In this document: piece by piece, positions 18,599 through 28,631 of the stretch
Numbering within the stretch: position 1 is the first letter of the stretch
How the letters are laid out: each line of letters begins with the position of its first letter
Assembly: GCA_026391655.1 (NCBI GenBank)
Contig: JAPLDR010000019.1
Location: 5,399-49,817, forward strand
Direction: 5' to 3'
Source: Bacteroidia bacterium
GTDB lineage: Bacteria > Bacteroidota > Bacteroidia > Bacteroidales > Prolixibacteraceae
DNA: 44,419 bases
Program-made: the position numbers and the translations under genes
The notes under the pieces: generated by a model
Seen by the model: the letters and a program-made list of their open reading frames with translations, nothing else
The model's database searches: none
What the model was told of the DNA's origin: nothing

Positions 18599-18742
18599 TA
18601 TAATATATGGATTTAGCGATTAGGTGATTAGTTAGTAAGTAGAGTAGTTAAGTAGGGTTTGAATGGATTCCGTCTGTAATGGACGGAATCCTTCATCAGA
18701 AAGTTGAAAAAGTAAAAAATATTGATTTTAAAGAATAAACAC

Positions 18743-19875
18743 ATGAAGTTTTTGAATTTATCGGCAATTGGTTTGATGATGCTGATCTTAGTTGTTTCGT
18801 GCAAATCGGAGAAAAAAACAGTTGAAGCATTTAATACAAAAAAGATGCTGGAATATTGTGTGGCGAAAACAAAGAAATCCATGAATAGCTTGTCAGAAGC
18901 CGACAGCTTGCCGCGCAATATTTGTCTTGGTATGCTTACGAAGCTTCAGAAGATTCCTCAATTTTGACTAATGCCAGAAAATTTACGGAACCATTGCATG
19001 GAGTTCTTTCTGTACCTGTTGATAACCACGATCTGGGTTTTATGCTTAATTGCAGTTTTGGAAATGGTTTTCGCCTGACTCATGATACTGCATATCACAA
19101 ATTTCTGCTAATAGCCGCCGATTCGCTGGCTACCTTGTACAATCCAAAAGTTGGAACAATGCTTTCGTGGCCGGCAATGCGCAAAAAAATGAATTGGCCT
19201 CACAACACGATAATAGACAACCTGATCAACCTCGAACTGCTGTTTTGGGCATCGAAAAACGGAGGAGATCAACGTTTTTACGATATGGCTGTCAAACATG
19301 CCGAAACCTGTTTGCACACACTCATTCGTCCAGATTATACCACTTTTCACGTGGCTGTTTTCGACACCATTGACGGTCATTTTATCAAAGGGGTAACCCA
19401 TCAGGGATATTCCGACAGTTCGATGTGGGCACGTGGACAAGCGTGGGGAATTTACGGATACTCATTATGTTTCCGCGAAACCGGCAAACCCGAATTTCTG
19501 GAAACGGCACAAAAACTGGCCAATGTATTTCTCGAACGTTTGCCCGAAGACGGTATGCCGTACTGGGATTTTGATGACCCGGCCATACCGGATGCCCCCA
19601 AAGATGCTTCAGCCGCTGCAGTCGCAGCTTCAGGATTATTGGAACTTTCAGGAATGGTAAAAGATGAGGCTGCCAAAGCAAAATATAAAAATGCGGCCAT
19701 CGCTTTGCTGTCGAAACTTTCAACTCCTGAATATTTAAGCGGTGACACAAATCAGGCATTTCTATTACACTCGACTGGTCATAAACCCAATGGAACTGAA
19801 ATCGACGCCTCTATCAATTATGCCGATTATTACTATCTTGAGGCCTTATTACGATTAAAAAAAATGGGGAATTAA
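18743..19875 (+). pseudogene. GH88 unsaturated glucuronyl hydrolase, disrupted near the N-terminus. The lipoprotein signal peptide is in one frame and the catalytic domain in another
   Basis: The frame of ORF 18722-18967 encodes MKFLNLSAIGLMMLILVVSCKSEKK...ADSLPRNI, then runs to a stop. ORF 18922-19875, in another frame, encodes LSWYAYEASED...THQGYSDSSMWARGQAWGIYGYSL...DYYYLEALLRL. This aligns closely with Bacillus UGL (GILWLCYEYTGDE; THQGNTDGSTWTRGQAWGIYGFAL; DYYYLEALLRL). The conserved DWTDGFWSG segment expected at the junction is absent, which suggests a small frameshifting deletion around 18900-18925. Confidence 0.65.
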
Positions 19876-19896
19876 ACTACAATCTGTCAGGAATTT

Positions 19897-21051
19897 ATGA
19901 AAACACTGAGAATAATAAGTTCCTTACTGATGTCCATCCTTTTGTGGACAGCCTGCCATCAATCGCCGAAAAAACCGGCAAAGGTCAGCTACGACTTTTC
20001 TGAAGTGGACAAGAAAGTTCAGGACTGGGTAGATGCTGGTTTTTACAGCGGAGCAGGATTGATTGTAGTGAAAAACAATGAGATCGTCTTTGAAAAAATC
20101 TTCGGCAACTATACACAAGATACAGTGGTTTACATTGCTTCAGCCGGAAAATGGCTGGCGGCAGCTACCATTGCTGCAGTTGTTGATGAAGGGAAACTCT
20201 CCTGGGATGATCCTGTAAATAAATGGTTGCCCGAATTTACAGATGTGAAAGGCAAAGCGACTTTACGGCAGTTGCTTTCGCATATCTCGGGCTACCCCGA
20301 TTACCAGCCAAAGGAAGCGCATCGCGACGATTACCAAACATTGAAAGAATCAGTTGCGCATATTGTCAGACTTCCCGCTGACACAATTCCTGGTGCGGTA
20401 TTTCACTACGGCGGCTTGGCCATGCAGGTCGCCGGACGAATAACAGAACTGGCCACCGATAAAGATTGGGAGACCCTGTTTCAGGAAAAAATAGCTCAAC
20501 CACTTGGTATGAAAAACACCCATTTTACCCCGGTTCATCAGGGCGGAGGGCACAGCCCCATGCTCGGAGGCGGTGCAAGAACCGTTTTGCATGACTATGC
20601 TGCCTTTCTGAACATGATCAGCAACAACGGCCTCTTCAAAGGCAAGCAAATTCTATCTGAAAAAGCCATTATTGAAATGCAGACCGATCAGGTTGGCATC
20701 GCAAAAGTGGCTAAAAATGAATTTGTTGAACATGCCAGAGCAGCCAAACACCACGGCATTTATGGTCTCGGCGAATGGCGCGAAGAACTGGATTCAGCCG
20801 GGAAAGCGGTTTTGATCAGTAGTCCGGGTTGGGCAGGTGCCTATCCATGGATCGACAACACAACCAATACCTACGGGTTTTTCATTACACACGTGAATGT
20901 ATCGAAAGCGAATAAGGATGGTTTTTTATCATTTTATAGTAGTCCGGTTTTGCCAATGATGGTGCGTGATGTTTGCAAAAAAGCAGCATTTCCGGGCAGT
21001 CTTAAAACCGGATTTACCAATTCAGATAAGGAAATACATTGGTCAAATTAA
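19897..21051 (+). CDS. Beta-lactamase-fold serine hydrolase (class-C/esterase-like), secreted/lipoprotein
   Basis: 384 aa. Signal peptide with Cys (LLWTACHQS). S-x-x-K active-site motif in IASAGKW. Typical beta-lactamase-family layout. Confidence 0.6.
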   Translation: MKTLRIISSLLMSILLWTACHQSPKKPAKVSYDFSEVDKKVQDWVDAGFYSGAGLIVVKNNEIVFEKIFGNYTQDTVVYIASAGKWLAAATIAAVVDEGKLSWDDPVNKWLPEFTDVKGKATLRQLLSHISGYPDYQPKEAHRDDYQTLKESVAHIVRLPADTIPGAVFHYGGLAMQVAGRITELATDKDWETLFQEKIAQPLGMKNTHFTPVHQGGGHSPMLGGGARTVLHDYAAFLNMISNNGLFKGKQILSEKAIIEMQTDQVGIAKVAKNEFVEHARAAKHHGIYGLGEWREELDSAGKAVLISSPGWAGAYPWIDNTTNTYGFFITHVNVSKANKDGFLSFYSSPVLPMMVRDVCKKAAFPGSLKTGFTNSDKEIHWSN

Positions 21052-21063
21052 AATTAAACCCAC

Positions 21064-22701
21064 ATGTTTCAATTGAACCAAATGATAAAGAAATTAGCGA
21101 TTCTGGTATTTGGAATCTTTTTCCTGAATATCACGAATGCTCAGCAAAAAGTAACTGTTGACGCTAACGCCAAAGGCCAGAAATTTGAGCACTTCTGGAG
21201 CAAATGTGTGGGTGCAGGTCGCGCGAATGAGGGATTACGTGCCGGTTGGCTTGAACAATTGAAACAGATTCAGCAAAATTGTGGTTTTCAGTATGTTCGC
21301 TTTCATGGACTTTTTCACGACGATATGTTCCCGGTGTTTGAGAAAAACGAAAAAATCACCTGTAACTGGCAGTACATCGACGAACTGTTTGACCGGATGC
21401 TTGACCTGAAAACCAAACCATTTGTTGAACTTGGGTTTTTTCCGAAGGTTATTGCATCTCAAAATTCGAAAACCCAGTTCTGGTGGAAGGCCAGCATCAC
21501 ACCTGATGAAAACAGCTTTGGCAAATGGCAGAATCTTGTAAAAGCATTTGCGCAGCATTGCGTTGATCGCTATGGAATTGATGAGGTACTGACCTGGTAT
21601 TTTGAAGTTTGGAATGAGCCAGACCTGAATCCCGGGTTCTGGGATTCGGGACGCTCCGATTATTTTAGACTCTATAAAATTTCTGTTGAAGCCGTAAAAT
21701 CGGTAGATAAACGACTGAAAGTTGGTGGCCCGTCAACAAGTAATTTTACTGCTGATAACCGTTTTGATGCGGATATACAAACTGCTCCGAGTAAGTCAAT
21801 GTGGACAAAAGAAAATGTCAATAATATTGAATGGCAGGGAGTTTGGATCAAAGATTTTCTGGCTTATTGTGAAAAGGAAAAACTACCGGTTGACTTTATT
21901 TCATGTCACCCATATCCAACTGATTATGCATTGAATCCGGAAACCAGTCGTTACGAAGGATTAACCCGCTACGTGCAATCAACTTTCGACGATATGAACT
22001 GGATGAAAAAAGTGCTGGCCAAAAGTGCTTTTCCGAATGCTGAAATCCACTATACCGAATGGAGCACCAGTCCAAATTCTCGAGATCCTCAACATGATTT
22101 TTTACCACCCGCAGCATACATTGTTAAAGTTAATCTTGATTGTATCGGATTAGCCAATTCTCTTTCATACTGGACATTTACTGATATTTTTGAAGAAAAG
22201 GGAGGTGCAGAAAGCATCTTTCATGGCGGATTTGGGATGATCAATTATCAGGGAATCGTAAAACCAACTTACCATGCTTACCGGATGCTGAATGAATTGG
22301 GTGATGAAAAACTATTTGCCTGCGAGTCGGTTTTTGTTAGCCGTAATTCAGGTTCAGGAAAAATAGTAATTCTCGCTTACAATTATCCTGAAGAATATAA
22401 AAATGCCGTTCCTTCGGGTAGCAGTAAAAGGGAAAACGGCTCGTCCAAAAAAATCGATCTGAACGTTTCAAACCTCAAACCCGGAACACAATTTAAGCTC
22501 GAAATCCTTGATAAAGATAATGGAAACGTTCACAATTACTGGCAATCAATAGGAAGTCCCGAACCGCCGACGCGCGAACAGACAGCCTTACTAAAAAAAG
22601 TTGCCAACGACCTGAAAACGGAAATTATCACAGTTGGGAAGGACGGAATCCTTCACGTGGATCGCGAATTGACTCCCTGGAGTTTGGTGCTGATAAAATA
22701 G
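21064..22701 (+). CDS. Glycoside hydrolase family 39 (beta-xylosidase/alpha-L-iduronidase family)
   Basis: 545 aa. Close motif-by-motif correspondence to Thermoanaerobacterium XynB (GH39): KFEHFWSKCVGAGRA, YVRFHGLFHDD, PFVELGFFPK, YGIDEVLTWYFEVWNEPDL (catalytic acid/base NEP), LKVGGPS, LPVDFISCHPY, IHYTEWSTS (nucleophile region), SYWTFTDIFEEKGG..FHGGFGM. Confidence 0.8.
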   Translation: MFQLNQMIKKLAILVFGIFFLNITNAQQKVTVDANAKGQKFEHFWSKCVGAGRANEGLRAGWLEQLKQIQQNCGFQYVRFHGLFHDDMFPVFEKNEKITCNWQYIDELFDRMLDLKTKPFVELGFFPKVIASQNSKTQFWWKASITPDENSFGKWQNLVKAFAQHCVDRYGIDEVLTWYFEVWNEPDLNPGFWDSGRSDYFRLYKISVEAVKSVDKRLKVGGPSTSNFTADNRFDADIQTAPSKSMWTKENVNNIEWQGVWIKDFLAYCEKEKLPVDFISCHPYPTDYALNPETSRYEGLTRYVQSTFDDMNWMKKVLAKSAFPNAEIHYTEWSTSPNSRDPQHDFLPPAAYIVKVNLDCIGLANSLSYWTFTDIFEEKGGAESIFHGGFGMINYQGIVKPTYHAYRMLNELGDEKLFACESVFVSRNSGSGKIVILAYNYPEEYKNAVPSGSSKRENGSSKKIDLNVSNLKPGTQFKLEILDKDNGNVHNYWQSIGSPEPPTREQTALLKKVANDLKTEIITVGKDGILHVDRELTPWSLVLIK

Positions 22702-22718
22702 ATAAATTAATGCAACTT

Positions 22719-22751
22719 ACTCATCCGATGACTCAAAGTCATCGGATGAGT
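22719..22751. repeat. 33-bp palindromic element, copy A (actcatccgatgact-caa-agtcatcggatgagt) followed by TTTT; also terminator-like for the GH39 gene
   Basis: Perfect 15-bp arms. Starts 18 bp after the GH39 stop and ends 27 bp before the next start codon. Same family as copies at 22870-22902 and 28599-28631. Confidence 0.65.
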
Positions 22752-22778
22752 TTTCGATAGAAGACAATAAACTACCCC

Positions 22779-25700
22779 ATGAAACGACGCACCTTTTTTA
22801 AAAATATCACCATTGGAGCAGCCGGAATTATGCTGGTTCCTTCCTTTGTAAGCGGTGTGTGTCAGGCCGATTCATCCGATGACTTGAAGTCATCGGATGA
22901 ATTTTGGGATCAGATAAAAAGTTCGTTCGTGAATCCACCCGATTCATCAAAACCATGGGTGTTTTGGATGTGGATGAACGGCAATATTACCAAAGAAGGG
23001 ATCACGCTTGATCTGGAAGCGATGAAACGCATGGGGATCGGAGGGGCAATTTGTTTCAACAGTGCGGTAGGAATTCCTCGTGGGCCGGTCGATTATGCCG
23101 GTGAAGCATGGATGAATTCAACCGAACATGCTGTAAAGGAAGCTGCACATCTCGGACTACAAATCAGCCTGCACAATTCGCCGGGTTATTCCGGATCAGG
23201 TGGACCATGGGTTACTCCTGAAATGAGTATGCAGCAATTAGTTTGGACCGAAACACAAGTAAAAAATCAACTAAATATTGCAATCCAACTTCCTCAACCT
23301 TTTGCACGAATGGGTTATTACCGCGATGCTTTTGTGTTGGCCTATCCTTCGCTTTCGGTTGAAAATGGGCTGATGCACGAAAAATTGACACGTTTTGTCG
23401 CAAATGAAAAGGAGATTGAAAATGATATCTTGTTTGACGGAAATTCAGAAACTAAAATCAGGCTGGAGTCTTCACCGGGTCAATCATCCACCTTACTGAT
23501 GGAATTTACAGAGCCATTCGAAGCCCGATCCATTGCTATCACCAGAAAGCCAGAAATACCGCGCGATTTGTTCGATGGCCCCCGCGACCACCCGCCGCGT
23601 TTCGATCTGGAAATTTCGGAAAACGGGATAGACTTTGTGAAAATTGCTTCATTTAATTGTCCTGAGTTGCGTCAGATGGCCACACCGGCCATGCAAAATT
23701 TTAAGGCAGTAAAATCTAAGTATTATCGTTTGGTGACTGCTGATCCAACCTGGATCTCGGGTGTTGAGCTGCATTCTGCCCCCCGTTTGGCAGGATGGCC
23801 GGGCAAAACGAGCTGCACAAAAGGCAATTATGGCGGCAACGAATCCGATCTGAATGATGAACTGCTGATCAAACTGGATTCCGTGGTTGATTTGACTTCT
23901 TTCATGGACAAAAATGGAATGCTAAAATGTGAAGCACCATCAGCAGGCAACTGGACAATTATCCGCATTGGTCACACCACAACGGGCGAAGAACCTGCTG
24001 CTCATCCCGATGCCGGAAAAGGTCTGGAAATAGACAAGTTCAGGAAAGAAACTCTGGATTTTTACTTCGGGAAGTTCTCGATGCCGGTTGTCAATCGGTT
24101 GCAGAAATACAAAGGCAAAAGTTTTGTTGGTTTTACTACTGACAGCTGGGAGGCCGGAAAGCAAAACTGGACGATCAATTTTCCTCAGGAATTTGAACAA
24201 AGGAGAAACTATAAACTGACGCCGTGGCTACTGGCCATGACCGGAAGAATTATTGGAAGCGTCGATGAAACAGAACGTTTCCTCTGGGATGCCCGGAAAA
24301 CTCAGGCCGAATTGTTATCGGGAAACTATTACGGACATTGGAAAGAATGGTGCCATCAGCAAGGATTACAATACCATGCAGAACCTTACGGCGACGGCAA
24401 TCTGGATAGTCTTGAAATCGGACAGTATCTTGATGTTCCGATGGCTGAATTCTGGACCCGATACATTTATGGCAGTGATACTTATTCAAAGCAAGCCGTT
24501 TCGCAGGCACATGTTTACGGAAAACCTGTTGTTGCTGCCGAAGCTTTTACCGGAATGCCTGCCACTTCAAAGTGGACCGATTATCCGTATTCACTTAAGG
24601 CCGAAGGCGATTGGTTTTATACACTTGGAATTAACCGGTTGGTGTTTCATACATTTGTACATCAACCCTATACAACAGGTTTTCCAGGAATGACCATGGG
24701 GCCGTTCGGAACCCATTTTGACCGGAATAATACCTGGACCGAACAGGCATCCGGTTGGATGGATTACCTGAGACGCGCTCAATACCTGTTGCAGCAAGGA
24801 TTGTCTGTTGCAGATGTCTGTTACTTCAAAGGGGATGAACCTGAATCAGGGGTGCCGGATATTTACCCGATGATGCCCGATGGGATTGTGGGCGATGTGA
24901 TTGGTCCCGATGCGCTTTTTAACCGCTTTTCAATTCAGGACGGGAAAATTATTTTGCCTGATGGCATGAGCTATCGTTTGTGTGTACTTGCAAATGTTCA
25001 GGCTATTTTGCCTGTAACATTGAAACGACTGAAAGAACTGGTGGATCAGGGCATGACTCTGGTTGTCAGCAACAAGCCGGAAAAGTCATTTGGACTTTCA
25101 GAAAGCGATGCTAAAGTCAAAAAACTAACTGATCAGCTTTATGGTAACCTTAACGGAACAAACACCAGGCAGGTTCAGATTGGCAAAGGAAAAGTTTTCT
25201 GGGGAACTCCGCTGGGAGAAGTTTTAAAGCAAATATCGGTTACACCTGACTTTTTGTTTTCTGCTGAATTGATGGTCGTATCCAAATACCGCTGGAATTG
25301 TCTCCTGCCGGTTCAGCTTTTGTCATCTTCAGGAACAAAGCAGAAAATGGATTTTTGCAGCAAGTTTCGAAAGATGGCATAATACTATTTGACAATCAGA
25401 TTTTTAATAAACCTGTAGCAGCCAAATTTGCCGACGTTCAAAATAACTTCAGTATTTCGCTCTGGGCCAAACCCGACACCTTCGCACATGGCGGACGGAG
25501 CATGTTGTTCCATACATCGGAAGGCGAGTCTGTTTATGGTTCAGGACATGCTGTTTGTGGTCTTGGTGCCGGACAAAATGGAGTTTTCGTATATGAAAAT
25601 AGCCGTGGGCGGTCGCGGAATGTGCTGACTTTTGACGGTCCGATCCAGGGTTGGACACACCTGGCTCTGGTTTATCAACAGGGTGCTCCTGTATTGTTTG

Positions 25701-26587
25701 CCAACGGTAAAAAAGTAACTGAGGGCAAAACTTCAGCAAATATTGTTCATCCCGGTTTGGAAACACTCGTGTCGAATGATCAGTTTAACAGCTATTTCGA
25801 AGGAAATTTTTCTAAACCCGAATTGCACAGGCAAGTTCTAACGGCGGAAGAAGTGATAGATTTGTATCAAAAAGGCCTGCCGCCACTTAATCTGTTGTCC
25901 CCGGTTAAACTCAATATCAATAAAGGCCGAAAGTTAACGGCTTGTTTCCTTCAAAATGGCATCTACGAATTCCTGAAGACTTCCAGAGAAAAACAGAAAA
26001 TTCAGATTCAAAACTGTGCAGAAAAAATTCAGGATAGTATGTGGAAGGTAAGATTCCCAAAAGGAAGCGCTGCACCAGAACAAATTGAATTGCCTAAATT
26101 GGTTTCCTTGATTAAACATGATAACTTTGATGTCCGGCACTTTTCTGGAACCTGCAACTATCAGAAAAAGATAACGCTGGCAGCAGCCGACTTCACGAAA
26201 GGGAGAAAATTTCTGCTCGATTTAGGACGTGTGGAAGTGATTGCAAAAGTGATTGTTAATGGCAAAAGTGCAGGATTTTTCTGGAAAGAACCATTTGTTG
26301 CCGATGTCACGAAACTGGTCAGACAAGGCGAAAATGATATTCAGGTAGAAGTGACCAATTTATGGCCAAACCGCCTGATTGGTGATGAACATCTGCCGGT
26401 TGAGAATGAATACAGCAAAGACCGGTTTATCTTGAAACTGCCAGAATGGTATGTGAACAATCAACCCAAAACGGGTAAGCGGATTTCGTTTGCCGTGTGG
26501 CACAACCTCGAAAAGACCGATCCACTGTTGGAATCCGGTTTATTGGGACCAGTGAAATTGATTTTAGGGGAAGAAAGAACATTGTAG
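22779..26587 (+). pseudogene. Very large (~1270 aa) glycoside hydrolase of the GH106/GH2-sugar-binding-domain type with Tat-like signal (RRTFF), split by a frameshift around 25265-25300
   Basis: ORF 22779-25382 has RRTFFKN and PWVFWMWMNGNITKEGITLDLEAMKRMGIGG at the N-terminus. ORF 25298-26587, in another frame, ends with a GH2_N-like sugar-binding domain (LDLGRVEVIAKVIVNGKSAGFFWKEPFVADVTKLVRQGENDIQVEVTNLWPNRLIGDE). The last ~35 aa of the first ORF look non-protein-like (RWNCLLPVQLLSSSGTKQKMDFCSKFRKMA). The second frame reads protein-like from ~25270 (IDGRIQIPLELSPAGSAFVIFRNKAENGF). This indicates a single gene carrying a +/-1 frameshift. The family assignment is tentative. Confidence 0.6.
22870..22902. 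repeat. 33-bp perfect palindromic element, copy B (attcatccgatgactt-g-aagtcatcggatgaat), located inside the coding sequence
   Basis: Read directly. It encodes DSSDDLKSSDEF just after the predicted signal peptide of the large GH, and is followed by TTTT like copy A. Confidence 0.65.
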
Positions 26588-26591
26588 GGAC

Positions 26592-26629
26592 TTAGACCCT
26601 CAAGGTTTTTAAAACCCTGAGGGTCTTAA
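26592..26629. repeat. Imperfect GC-rich hairpin (agaccctcaaggttttt / aaaaccctgagggtct) between the large GH and the GH127 gene
   Basis: ~16-bp stem with one bulge. The ccct..aggg core resembles the hairpin at 303-335. Confidence 0.45.
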
Positions 26630-26641
26630 AGATAAAATAAA

Positions 26642-28591
26642 ATGAAACTAAAGACCAAATTGTCAAGTCTGATATTCTTCGGAATTATATTATCAGCATC
26701 AGCCTTTGCTCAATCGCATTACCCAGGGCAGCATTCGGATAAATTAAAGATCAAAGAAACCGCTCCAATGAAAGCGTATGCTTTTGATTTGCAGGATGTG
26801 AAGCTACTCGATTCCCGGTTCAAAGAAAATATGGAACGTGAAAGTGCCTGGATTCTTTCCATCGATGTCAACAGTTTGTTGCATAGTTTTCGTACAAATG
26901 TCGGCCTTTCTTCCGGATTAGAAGGCGGTTACGACACGATTAAAAAACTGGCAGGCTGGGAATCACTCGATTGCGAATTACGCGGACATACTACCGGCCA
27001 TATTCTTTCGGGACTGGCACTCTTGTATGCATCCACCGGAAATGAAACCTATAAAGTGAAGTCCGACAGCATCGTGAAAGGATTGGCCGAGGTTCAGAAG
27101 TCACTTAATCAAAATAGTTACTTAAGCGCTTTCCCTCAAAATCTGATCGACCGGAACATTGCTGGTAAGCCAGTCTGGGCTCCCTGGTACACATTGCATA
27201 AAATTTATTCCGGTCTGATAGATCAATACCTGTATTGCAACAACCGACAGGCGCTGGAAGTCGTCGAAAAAATGGCGATGTGGGCCCATCAAAAACTGGC
27301 TACAGTCACTCCTGAACAACGGAAGGTGATGATCCGTAATGAGTTTGGCGGAGTAAATGATTCGTTTTACACTTTGTACGAAATCACTGGTAAACCTGAA
27401 TACAAATCGCTGGCTGAATTCTTCTACCACGAGGAAACACTCGATCCACTGATGAAGCAGGAGGACAACCTTAAAGGTAAACATGCAAATACCTACATTC
27501 CTAAATTGATCGGTCTTGCCAGGGCTTATGAGATTGGTGAGCCTGAAAAGAATAAAACAATAGCCGATTTTTTCTGGAATACGGTCATTGACCACCATTC
27601 ATTTTGCACCGGAAGCAACAGTGACAGAGAATCGTTTTTCGAGCCTGACCATCAGTCGGCTCACCTGACCGGACTGACCGGTGAATCGTGTAATGTTTAT
27701 AATATGCTGAAACTTACCCGTCATCTCTTTTGTCTTAAAGGCGATGAAAAATATGCAGATTATTACGAGAAAGCGCTTTACAACCATATTTTGGGACAAC
27801 AAGATCCGGCCACTGGCATGATTGCCTATTTTCTTCCAATGCTTCCGGGAGGACACAAAGTTTACAGCACACGCGACAGTTCATTCTGGTGCTGTGTGGG
27901 AACCGGTTTCGAGAATCAGGCCAAATATGGGGAAGCTATTTACTACCATAACGATAAAGGATTGTTTGTCAATTTGTTTATTGCTTCGGAACTCACATGG
28001 AAATCTAAAGGTTTAAAAGTCCGCCAGGAAACCAAATTCCCCGCAGAGGAAACTACGCGACTGACTTTTGAGATCCAAAATCCGGTTGGTATGCCACTCT
28101 ATTTTCGTTACCCTTCCTGGGCAACTTCGGGCTCAATCGTAAAAATCAATGGCAAAACATTGAAGGTGAAACAAAATCCGGGCAGCTACATTACAATTGA
28201 TCGTATATGGAAAAACGGTGATAAACTGGAGGTAACATTTCCAATGAAACTTCAATTAAGCACAACTCCCGATAATCCGGATGTAGTCTCGGTTTCGTAT
28301 GGACCGATTGTACTTGCTGCCAAAATGGGAACTGCCGGGATGCAAAAGCCGGCTCCCTATTCCAATCCAAAGCTTCACAACGACTATTATACCTACGATT
28401 ATCATGTTCCGGCAACCCTTTCAAATGTGCTGAATGTGAAGGGAAAACCTGTAACCGAATGGTTAAAACCGGTTGAGAGATATCCGCTGACCTTCAAAAC
28501 ATTTAATATTGCTGAAGGTATAGAATTTACTTTCGTGCCATTGTTCGACCTGCACCGCGAACGGTATATTGTTTACTGGAAATTGAAATAA
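26642..28591 (+). CDS. Glycoside hydrolase family 127/146-like (DUF1680; beta-L-arabinofuranosidase HypBA1 family)
   Basis: 649 aa with signal peptide. Motifs: RGHTTGHILSGLALLYASTGNE, WAPWYTLHKIYSGLID. A Cys pair sits in FWCCVGTGFEN, matching the adjacent catalytic/Zn-ligand cysteines of HypBA1-type enzymes. Confidence 0.7.
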   Translation: MKLKTKLSSLIFFGIILSASAFAQSHYPGQHSDKLKIKETAPMKAYAFDLQDVKLLDSRFKENMERESAWILSIDVNSLLHSFRTNVGLSSGLEGGYDTIKKLAGWESLDCELRGHTTGHILSGLALLYASTGNETYKVKSDSIVKGLAEVQKSLNQNSYLSAFPQNLIDRNIAGKPVWAPWYTLHKIYSGLIDQYLYCNNRQALEVVEKMAMWAHQKLATVTPEQRKVMIRNEFGGVNDSFYTLYEITGKPEYKSLAEFFYHEETLDPLMKQEDNLKGKHANTYIPKLIGLARAYEIGEPEKNKTIADFFWNTVIDHHSFCTGSNSDRESFFEPDHQSAHLTGLTGESCNVYNMLKLTRHLFCLKGDEKYADYYEKALYNHILGQQDPATGMIAYFLPMLPGGHKVYSTRDSSFWCCVGTGFENQAKYGEAIYYHNDKGLFVNLFIASELTWKSKGLKVRQETKFPAEETTRLTFEIQNPVGMPLYFRYPSWATSGSIVKINGKTLKVKQNPGSYITIDRIWKNGDKLEVTFPMKLQLSTTPDNPDVVSVSYGPIVLAAKMGTAGMQKPAPYSNPKLHNDYYTYDYHVPATLSNVLNVKGKPVTEWLKPVERYPLTFKTFNIAEGIEFTFVPLFDLHRERYIVYWKLK

Positions 28592-28598
28592 ACGATTT

Positions 28599-28631
28599 AC
28601 TCATCTGATAATTCCAAGTCATCGGATGAGT
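28599..28631. repeat. Degenerate copy C of the 33-bp palindromic element (actcatctgataatt-cca-agtcatcggatgagt)
   Basis: The right arm is identical to copies A and B. The left arm carries several substitutions. It begins 8 bp after the GH127 stop and overlaps the first in-frame ATG (28626) of the next ORF. Confidence 0.55.

Noticed and set aside
18682-22651. Shared 15-mer ggacggaatccttca at 18682-18696 and 22637-22651
   Set aside because: A single exact 15-16-mer match within 44 kb is within chance expectation. One copy is coding (KDGILH) and the other is a hairpin arm, so no element is inferred.
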